64,000 nt of DNA, taken from NCBI GenBank assembly GCA_951406725.2, contig OX597815.1, forward strand, positions 179,490,001-179,554,000, in the 5' to 3' direction. The translations under genes and the position numbers were made by a program. Below are positions 54,058 through 64,000 of the stretch, piece by piece. Under the pieces are notes generated by a model, which was not told the origin of the DNA, made no database searches, and was given only the letters and a program-made list of their open reading frames with translations. This DNA is from Octopus vulgaris (taxonomy: Eukaryota). Within the stretch, counting starts at the first letter, position 1. Every line of letters begins with the position of its first letter.

Positions 54058-54118
<61 letters not shown>

Positions 54119-54288
54119 TGAATATGATCTTAATTATGACATTCCAATAGCTTCAGGATCATTAGGATTAGCATACTACCATCACTGCCTAAAAATCAAA
54201 TAATAACAACAAAAATACTAGCAATGATATTAGTAATAAAACATTAGCAAAAATAAGAACGACAGAAATGATAATGATGATGATGATG

Positions 54289-54332
<44 letters not shown>

Positions 54333-55182
54333 GAAACAATAGTACACCATATTTGATGCAAGTATGTTTGTTTAAATAACTTATGCATTTCTAGAAAATA
54401 TGTTTCGTGATAAAGAAATGGTAAAAAGATTTCGTAAATGATAAAAAGGAAAGAAAATATTTATCTATGGTATTTGGTTGCACATTATATTTCTATCTAC
54501 TGTAGTTAACTAAAAAACATATCGATTTGTAGAATGGCTTCCAGTAAAAAAAGAGGAAGATGTTATTTCTTTACAAACAGGTTCTAGTGCTAAAAATAGT
54601 CTATCTCCATGGATGGATATTTTTTTTTACCAACCTTTCAAAATACATTGATTATAACAGGTTCTGAAGAATTTCTTTAAAATCAGCCTGACAAAATGTA
54701 TTGATCTGTACTCTTTAGCTGATCAGAATCACATCTGCGGTTCAGCAACATCTCTCTTTTCGAACTTTGCATTTAAGTACGAAATAATAACATATCAATT
54801 TTCTTGTCATTCATAATATTAATTTTGATCTTCCTATGCTAAATTGATACGATGCACATATTGCACAAAAACCTACAGTGACCACTTCAAAATTTTGAAC
54901 ACTGCCATCAGATAATAGATTCTAAGTAGGATACTAAAGGATATCGAACATTACTTAACAAACGTTGCTTTCAAAGGTCATAAATGAATTCTAAAAAGAC
55001 AATTTCTAAATTGATCCGGGATTGCTGCAAGTTTTTGATCTTTACAATATGAGGTCAATGTTTAAAATAGTCCATTTCTTCTGGTTGTTAAAAACACTTT
55101 ATCAGAATTTTCTCGTATAATGCTTTGCAGCATGAATTGTATTAAAGGAGGAAATATCAAGAGGAAGTTGAATGAATAAAGC

Positions 55183-56124
55183 TTCTATTTCGCTTTTAGA
55201 ATCATAAATATACATTTTTCAGGAGTTTCTTTTTGTATTCCGATGCACTTACATCAAATGTTGCTTCACAAACGATGGAGACACTTATCTTTAGGATGCT
55301 GCATGCAGCTATATTTTCCATTGGAATATGACTTTAAAATATCACATACTCTTCAAACTCTTTCTAAAGCTACCTTTCACGTGTGACAGGACCATCAAGA
55401 TGTTCTGATTCGTTTGGCGACCACGGCTCGTTTGTCTTTTACTTGTTTCAGTCATGAAACTGCGGCCATGCTGGGGCACTGCCTTGAAGAATATTAGTCG
55501 AGCGAATCGACCCCCGTATTTAAGTTTCGAGTCTCGTACTAATTCTACCGCTAAATTACGAGGACGCAAACACACCAATACCGGTTGCCAAGCGGTGATG
55601 GGGGACAAATACATACACACACACAAACACATACATGGGACGGGCTTCTTTCGGTTTCCATCTACCAAATCAATTTACAAGACTTTGGCCGACCCGAGGC
55701 TAGTAGAAGACACTTGCCCAAGTTGAGACTGAAGCCAGAACTATGTGGTTGGGGAGAAAGCTTCTTACAACACATGCTAATTTGCGATTTATTTTAAGAG
55801 CAAATAAATTAATGATACGCCACCTTGTGGCCGTTTTGTCACCACAATCAAATTGCCTTTATCAACACTTCACGGCGACAAAACATTTCTCAAAATTTCC
55901 ACACAGTCACAGAATAGAACGAATTATTCCTACTTTTTATCAGAGTTAACGAACATACATTAAATTTCTACAAGTATATTTGTTTGTCCCATGAATTATA
56001 AGAGGTATTTCGTTGTTCCTTTAATAACAGGTGAAATTGGTAGACAGGCAATAGCAGAAGTACATTGAATCGATGTAATTATACACACAGACACAGGTAC
56101 ACAGACATACGACACACACACACA

Positions 56125-56169
<45 letters not shown>

Positions 56170-56242
56170 GGTTGCAGGATCAATACCGTCTTAGTGCACG
56201 AATCTATCTACGTACGTATCTCTCTCTCTCTCTCTCTCTCCT

Positions 56243-56318
<76 letters not shown>

Positions 56319-56827
56319 CCTATCTATCTATATGGATGGACGATAGTCACATCGGCTCGTAGTAAGTTTGCCTTTTATTGCCTTCAAAAGTTTGTGTTTG
56401 GATAATATTTTTATGTAAAAGTTCTGCAACAACAAATACATTCGGTTGTGCAAATTCTTTGCACGGGAAACCTGCCCTGTGTGGCGTGTTTCCCGATTTT
56501 GTAAATTTGATTTCGCCTTTCCGAGCCACTTCTGCTTTGAGGATGGCGACTTCAAGCCATGAAGTCGTTGTCGAAATGAACGCTGGTCTCCTTGACAACG
56601 CTTACGACGTCGATTTCCCTACCCTGCCTTCCCCACTGCTTCACGAGGGAGGGAAAGAAGGGGGAGAAGAAACACAGGTGCAGGTGTGAGCATGGGCGCC
56701 AACACCAACGCCGCCGACACACGAAAAAATTGGAAGCACCCAGACGACAGCTTCACAGTCAACCACTACTTCTACAACTACTACTACGGACAACTCAGCC
56801 ACAAACATCACCACCATCAACACCACC

Positions 56828-56859
<32 letters not shown>

Positions 56860-58331
56860 CATCCATTTCTGTTTCACTCTTAGAATCATAAATATACTTT
56901 TTTCAGGGAGTTTCTTTTTGTATTCCGATGCACTTACATCAAATGTTGCTTCACAAACGATGGAGACACTTATCTTTAGGATGCTGGGATCATTTCCTTT
57001 TGAACGGCATATGTCAACACAATTTCTAGTTAACTAAACACTTTTAAACTTCGTATACTGGTAGAATGTGTTTATAAAACACGACACCGCTACGGAAAAT
57101 GGGATCTTTTTCTAGCGGTGTCAAATGAAAATGTCACCCATAATTATAACCCTAGTATCGATCTATTGCATTTTAATCTGTTTTAGGGTTAGGGTTAGGG
57201 TTAGGGTTAGGGGTGGTGAAGGGTATCTTTTTTTCTTCGCAAATGTAAATAAACCCAATCTGTTTCTGAGGGACATATTCATACAGAACGGAATGTCTTC
57301 ACCCCAAATGGAGGTGAGCGATTGGTTAAAATTGCCGAAATGCTCGATTTTAAAGTGGAAATATGTTACAAACTATAGAATTTTCTCATTAAAGCCATGA
57401 AAAAATGATGTTTTATAAACACATTCTACCAGTATACGAAGTTTAAAAGTGTTTAGTTAACTAGAAATTGTGTTGAAAGCTGCCGTTCAAAAGGAAAAGA
57501 TCCGGATGCTGCATGCAGCTATATTTTCCATTGGAATATGACTTTAAAATATCACATGCTCTTCAAACTCGATCTAAAGCTACCTTTCACGTGTTACAGG
57601 ACCATCAAGATGTTCTGATTCGTTCGGCGACCACGGCTCGTTTGTCTTTTACTTGTTTCAGTCATGAAACTGCGGCCATGCTGGGGCACTGCTTTGAAGA
57701 ATTTTAGTCGAGCGATTCGACCCCACCGCTAAATTACGAGGACGCAAACACACCAATACCGGTTGCCAAGCGGTGATGGGGGACAAACACAGATACAAAG
57801 AAACACAAACATACACACACACACAAACACATACATAGGACGGGCTTCTTTCTGTTTCCATCTTCCAAATCAATTTACAAGGCTTTGGCCGGCCCGAGGC
57901 TAGTAGAAAACACTTGCCCAAGTTGAGACTGAAGCCAGAACTATGTGGTTGGGGAGAAAACTTTTTGCCACACACGCCAATTTGTGATTTATTTTAAGAG
58001 CAAATAAATTAATGATACGCCACCTTGTGGCCGTTTTGTCACCACAATCAAATTGCCTTTATCAACACTTTATGGAGACAAAACATTTCTCAAAAGTTTC
58101 CACACAGTCACAGAATAGAACGAATTATTCCTATTTCTTATCAGAGTTAATGAACATACATTAAATTTCTACAAGTATGTTTGTTTGTCCCATGAATTAT
58201 AAGAGGTATTTCTTTGTTCCTTTAATAACAGGTGAAATTGGTAGGCAGGCAATAGCAGAAGTACATTGAATCGATGTAATTATACACACAGACACAGGTA
58301 CACAGACAGATGACCCACATACACAGGCACG

Positions 58332-58390
<59 letters not shown>

Positions 58391-58422
58391 GGCTGCAGAA
58401 TCAATACCGTCTAAGTGCACGA

Positions 58423-58494
<72 letters not shown>

Positions 58495-59420
58495 CTTTAT
58501 CTCTCTCTCTCTCTCTCTCTCTATTTATCTATCTATCTACATATCACCTATCTATCTATATGGACGGACGATAGTCACATCGGCTCGTAGTAAGTTTGCC
58601 TTTTATTGCCTTCAAAAGTTTGTGTTTGGATAATATTTTTATGTAAAGGTTGTGCAACAACAAATACATTCGGTTGTGCGAATTCTTTGCACGGGAAACC
58701 TGCCCTGTGTGGCGTGTTTCCCGATTTTGTAAATTTGCTTTCGGCTTTCTTAGCCATTTTTGCTTTAAGGAAGTCGTCTTCAAGCCATGAAGTCGTTGTC
58801 GAAAGGAACGCTGGTCTCCTTGACAACGCTTACGACGTTGATTTCCCTACCCTGCCTTCCCCACAGTTTCATGAAGGAGGGAAGAAGGGGGAGAAACAAC
58901 ACAGGTGCAGGTGTGAGCACGGACGCCAACACCGCCGCCGCCAACACACGAAAAAATTGGAAGCACCCAGACGACAGCTTCACAGTCAACCACTACTACT
59001 ACTACTACTACTACTACGGACAACTCAGCCACAAACATCACCACCACCACCACAACAACAACAACATCTATTTCTATTTCACTCTTAGAATCATAAATAT
59101 ACATTTTCCAGGAGTTTCTTTTTGTATTCCGATGCACTTACATCAAATGTTGCTTCACAAACGATGGAGACACTTATCTTTAGGATGCTGCATGCAGCTA
59201 TATTTTCCATTGGAATATGACTTTAAAATATCACATACTCTTCAAACTCGATCTAAAGCTACCTTTCACGTGTGACAGGACCATCAAGATGTTCTGATTC
59301 GTTTCGGGACCATGGCTCGTTTGTCTTTTACTTGTTTCAATCATGAAACTGCGGCCATGCTGGGGCACTGCCTTGAAGAATTTTAGTCGAGCGAATCAAC
59401 CCCCCGTACTTAAGTTTCAA
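55183..59420 (+). repeat. Tandem segmental duplication: units 55183-56866, 56867-59071 and partial 59072-59420
   Basis: TTAGAATCATAAATATAC..GATGCACTTACATCAAATG recurs at about 55196, 56880 and 59085. Each unit carries a SINE B (-); the two full units share microsatellites and a GC-richer block. Confidence 0.95.
56987..57503 (-). mobile_element. Merlin-like MITE variant with ~95-bp TIRs and (TTAGGG)5
   Basis: TSD GGATGCTG at 56979-56986 and 57504-57511; the empty site GGATGCTGCATGCAG is present in the other two duplication units. Confidence 0.9.
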
Positions 59421-59772
59421 GCCCTCTTCTTCATAAAAGATTGATATTTCAGTGGTGAGATTGCACATGCACCCTGGCTTATTAACGGCCCATGTTTCTC
59501 AAGGTACGGCCGAAGCATAAATTATGTGGATGTTATCGACAATAACTATGTAAAACAGGAAAATACATAAAAATTGAAGGAAACACCAAACACTTGTTTC
59601 TTTATACCCAGAGATAAAACAAACTACACATCTCTGTCTTAATAAGTTTGGAAAGATTTTGAAAATACATCTTTATAAGCTGGATCATATTTATTTCTCT
59701 TAGTTGCATGTGGAGAAAGGGTTCGGTGGCATGGCCTACAGAAGATGTCGGAGACAGGCAAAGTTGATTTTC

Positions 59773-60213
59773 GGATCTTTTCGGTTTGAATGGCAGTTTT
59801 TAACATAATTTCTAGATAAATAAAAAAAATTTAAACTTCGTATACTGGTAGAATGTGTTTATAAAACATCTTTTTCTCTTGGCTTTATTGAGAAAATTCT
59901 ATAGTTTGAAAGATATTTGTTGCTTTTTTTTCTTCAATTTCTGCAATTTCAACCAATCAATGACCGTCCATTGAGGTAAAAAACATTCTGTGCCGTATGA
60001 ATATGTCTCTCGTTTAAGAAACAGATTGGATTTATTTACATTTGTGAAGAAAAAAAGACACCCTTCCCCCATCCCTACCCCTAACCCTAACCCTAACTAA
60101 CCCTAACCCTAAAACAGATTGAAATGCAATAGATCGATACTAGGGTCATAATTATGGGTGACAATTTCATATGACACCGCTAGAAAAAACTGCCGTTCAA
60201 ACCGAAAAGATCC
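59773..60213 (+). mobile_element. Merlin-like MITE with CCCTAA repeats
   Basis: TIR GGATCTTTTCGGTTTGAA..TTCAAACCGAAAAGATCC; TSD TGATTTTC at 59765-59772 and 60214-60221. Confidence 0.9.
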
Positions 60214-60329
60214 TGATTTTCTATTTACTTTAACGTTTTACATAGATTATTGTAAGCTGACTATAGGAAAGCTTGTACTGGGTGGGACTTGACGAAGGAT
60301 TATGTTCCGGATGAAGAAAAAATGGACTT

Positions 60330-60640
60330 ATTCGTTAAATCAGGAGTGTTGAGCGCAACATGTACAATGAGAAGGAGAGATGAGTGACTGGAGAGGGGTC
60401 AAAGTGGAGGTGGTATGAATGCTCCCAATCATGAGGAATATTGGTAATTTTCGTAGTGTTGGAAAACGGCAGAAGAAAGAAACAATACAACTGCATGGCG
60501 TTTCGCTTGATTTTGCATGCGATGTCTCTATTTTTTAGCAAAGCATCGACCCAAATGTGGAATCAGTACACCAATGTAGGCCTTGTAGAGTATTAGTTGC
60601 TATTCGGAGCTGAAGAATATTTTGGTTCCAAAGTGAAATG
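60330..60640 (-). mobile_element. Decayed CR1/Jockey-group LINE fragment
   Basis: Minus strand FSSE*QLILYKAYI followed by HIW, typical of the RT C-terminal L.LYKA.IRP..EY...IW. Confidence 0.45.
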
Positions 60641-61606
60641 CCCGCGTCTGGTGTGGTGTCTTTACTGTGCTAAGGATACGCATTCACCAGAAGCCATTCT
60701 CGGTGATAATGAAACGTATCCATTGGAGAGATCCCGATCTCTAGAGTTGCAAGCTACATGCTTTTCTGTTAAGTAAAATATTTTGTTAGAAAACAGAGGA
60801 AATTGGTTGAACGAATTCTTCTATATCTGGTTATCTATTAATCGTGAATGTGTATGCGTCGGTATTGTCTTAGTTATTTTCTACACTATTCGTTTCGACA
60901 TTTTCTGTGTGGCTCTAAACTGTGAACTATGTGAGTATTTGTAAAGTTTCTTTTACTATTTCGAACAATACTTCAGCTAATTTAAGAGATAGAGAGAGAG
61001 AGAGATGGAGAAAGAAAGATAGAAAGGAAGAAAGAAAGAGACAGACAAAGAAAATTAGATGTTAGCCTGGAGAAGCCAAACACAAAAATAGAGAAGTGAT
61101 GAAACTATTTTAGATATGTTACTTTCAATAAACGATAGCTATTTCCTGTATGAAATACTGAAGTCAACTAAATTCCCATTCCACTACATTTCCATTTCCC
61201 GTCTTCAAGAGCTATTGCAACACCATTCTAGTAATTTGTGAAATGGCTCCGTGCACATTAAATAAATTGCTTTGATGCAGTTCTTTCATATTGCGGTGGC
61301 ATATTTTAACACTGTTCAATGAAAATACAGAGGTTAATGTTTAGCTATGTTCAAGTTTAGATTACATAAGTAAAAATTATTTGACAATAACCAATGCTTC
61401 CTTAAATATATCTTGTGATAATCTTTCGTAAACCCTCGGACATTTCTCAGAATTCAGTTATCGAATAGTTGCTAATATTTGGTAGAAGCGTAAAACTCGA
61501 ATATTACTATTTACTCTATATTTCGTGCACAGAACAAAGAGTTTCTGATACTAATGTCATTAAACCAAGGTAAACCGGGGAACTTATCCAAGAAATTGGA
61601 ACTTCA

Positions 61607-62040
61607 AATTTCCTTTCTTATAAAAAGATTATACTCTCGTCTTCGAATCCCACTGCAGCTGATGAAATATATTATTTGTCAAATAATGGGGTGGATTTCA
61701 TCGAAGTACCCCACCCCATCTTACTGGTCTCATGTTTATAGTGGAAATGGCTTTTCAACACCGTCATCTCAATGATCTAATTATTTTTACCATTATTCTT
61801 CCGGATCATTTTGTGGCTTTAAAGCAAAGTAAAATAGTAAAATATATTAATAATAAATCATTCTTTTACTCACAAGCGGTTTATACAGAATATGACCATC
61901 CCCTAAGAATATATCTTTCTGACCTTTACAGATACTTTTTCCATGCCATTCCTTACAACTTCCATAGTGACTTCAACTACTTGCTATTAGCTGGTCATAT
62001 CGAGTGATGCGTCAATATGTTTGTGAAATAATTTTCTTTC
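61607..62040 (+). pseudogene. Decayed fucolectin(FTP)-like exons
   Basis: NFLSYKKIILSSS..YYLSNNGVDF..SC/FIVEMAF..LNDLIIF, then YVCEIIF (like the FTP LCEVEV end); contains stops and frameshifts. Confidence 0.4.
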
Positions 62041-63390
62041 AAGCCGCTGAGAGTGACAAAACTAGCATTACGAGATTGGCAATTGTTTTCGGAGTCTCTC
62101 TTTATGGAGTCATTGAATAAAGGTATTTGACGACGCCATACACTTGTAATGGCCTTCTGGGTAGCTCTGCACAGAATATTTTACCATCACTGGACACCTC
62201 GTATTTGTATCTCCTCCACTCTCTATAAGTGACAAGCAGGCTGACCGACCATGCCCCTCAAGTTAGATCCTACCGTCTTAAGAAAGGACGTATTATTTAA
62301 TCTTATCTTCAATTTAACTGGGACATCTTTAGTAATAGCTGGAATATCATTAACCAAAATCTACTTTAATCAAAATGAGAGCTGACCTGCGGCTAAACAA
62401 AACAAGTCTTTAAGAAAAGAAAACAGAAAATTTTGTATAAAAAAATATGTTGTGAACATTTTATTCATTTCCATTGAAACAACCCTGGGTAACACTTCAG
62501 TTGTAATATTTGAGACATCAATGATACTGATTAGTATAGCAATTACTACGATATAATTAACTTATAAAGTCGAGTTTTATACATTGTTTAGAAAGCAAAA
62601 GTAGGATGCGGCGAAGTTAACCACATTTTCTGGCTTCTGACAGAAACAATTTAACTTTTTCATATACTACAAATATTTTACATAGATCAGATCTTCTGCT
62701 ATAAATGGCAAATCTTTTGATATCAATTGTATAAAGATTAGACACCAATACACGGGAACACAATGAATTAAATTTTAAAGAGAACGATGTTTTAGACGTT
62801 TATCTTTTCTGTCGATGTTTAAAAGTCACGAACGAAGGAATTCACCAGAGAATATATAAGGTTGCTGAGGCTTAATAACAGTTTTCTACTTTACATTTAA
62901 ACTGAAAATCATTTCGATACATTAATATATTTGTAATAGCACATTCTATTAGCGCTTTAATATTCGTCTGACTGTTTTCGTTGTGGTGTTGTCTTGTTAT
63001 CGGAATACAACATGCAATGAAATACAACACACTAGCTATTACATATGGTTAAATCAGAAACGATAATTACATTCATTTGGAAAAGGTTAACCGAATCTTG
63101 CTGATATGGTTCTAAATTTCTGAAGGATCCCCATGGCTTATTAATGAATATTTGATTTCAAAACTTCAAACTAACTTTCTATTCTTTCGTATCCTAATGC
63201 ACTATACTTTGCACACAATGGTTTCTGACAGCCAGAACAAAGCGTATTCACCAAGAGAACGACGAAGCTTAGGTTAAAAGCCGATCATTACGTCACTACT
63301 CCAACAACTTATGGTTTTCGCAAGCTGCGATTTTGTGCAAATAATAATACACCTTACATGTTCACATAAATGAATATTACGTTACTGATA

Positions 63391-63704
63391 TGTGGAGGCG
63401 CAACGGCCCAGTGGTTAGGGTAGCGGACTCGCGGTCGTAGGATCGCATTTTAAATTCGCAGACCGAGCGTTGTGAGTGTTTATTGAGCGAAAACACCTAA
63501 AAGCTCCACGAGACTCTGGTAAGGGGTGGTGGCGATCCCTACTGTACTCTTTCGCCACAACTTTCTCTCACTCTTTCTTCTGTTGGCCTGCTCGTTTAGC
63601 CAGCGGGGTGGCGTCATTTGAAGGCTAAAACAATGTGAAGCGCATTGTGACCAGAGATGTGTAGCGACATCTGATAGCCTGGTCGGTCAGGGTGATCACG
63701 GTGA
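63391..63704 (+). mobile_element. tRNA-derived SINE family D
   Basis: Head TGTGGAGGCGCAACGGCCCAGTGGTTAGGG, related to the family C head; different body; ends in GGTGAT repeats. Confidence 0.7.
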
Positions 63705-64000
63705 TGTTACTGATATATAATAATAGGATATACAAAGAAAGCGTATTCGGATATATAGACGTGATAAGAAGTAACGAATAAAATAGTAAGTTCGGAAATA
63801 ACGGAAAATAGAACGAACACTTATAGGTTTGGTGTTTGGTTGTATATTCACTAATTCTGGAGTTTAATGGTTCGATGTTTTCATATTTTCTTTTTTTATT
63901 TTGCATATTATATATTCATTTTTTGTCTGCTCAATTAGTTTTGTTCTGCAGGTGTTGCTAAACCTGTGAATGACTTTTACCTTTCATTTGTCTCAGTCCT

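Overview
AT-rich, microsatellite-dense animal genomic DNA. The repeat content looks like a cephalopod (Octopus-type) genome; this is an inference from the SINE and LINE types, not a database match. I can support no intact host protein-coding gene: most ORFs in the track are microsatellite or repeat artefacts. Mobile DNA dominates: at least 4 tRNA-derived SINE families (some as tandem multimers), a mariner 5' end, three Helitron pieces, Helentron-like elements, piggyBac- and Tigger-like MITEs, an 8-bp-TSD MITE family carrying TTAGGG repeats, and R4/Dong and CR1-like LINE remnants. There is also a ~1.7-kb tandem segmental duplication and scattered decayed exons resembling C-type lectin, fucolectin (FTP) and EGF domains. 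The most striking signal is a set of fold-back (inverted-duplicated, one-side-tailed) insertions. Six unrelated sequence families carry minimal type I hammerhead-ribozyme cores (intact or decayed), as known from Penelope-like elements. One of them (19198-19637) joins a tRNA-derived Pol III head to a hammerhead and is flanked by a target-site duplication, so it is a candidate ribozyme-bearing SINE mobilised by Penelope-like machinery.
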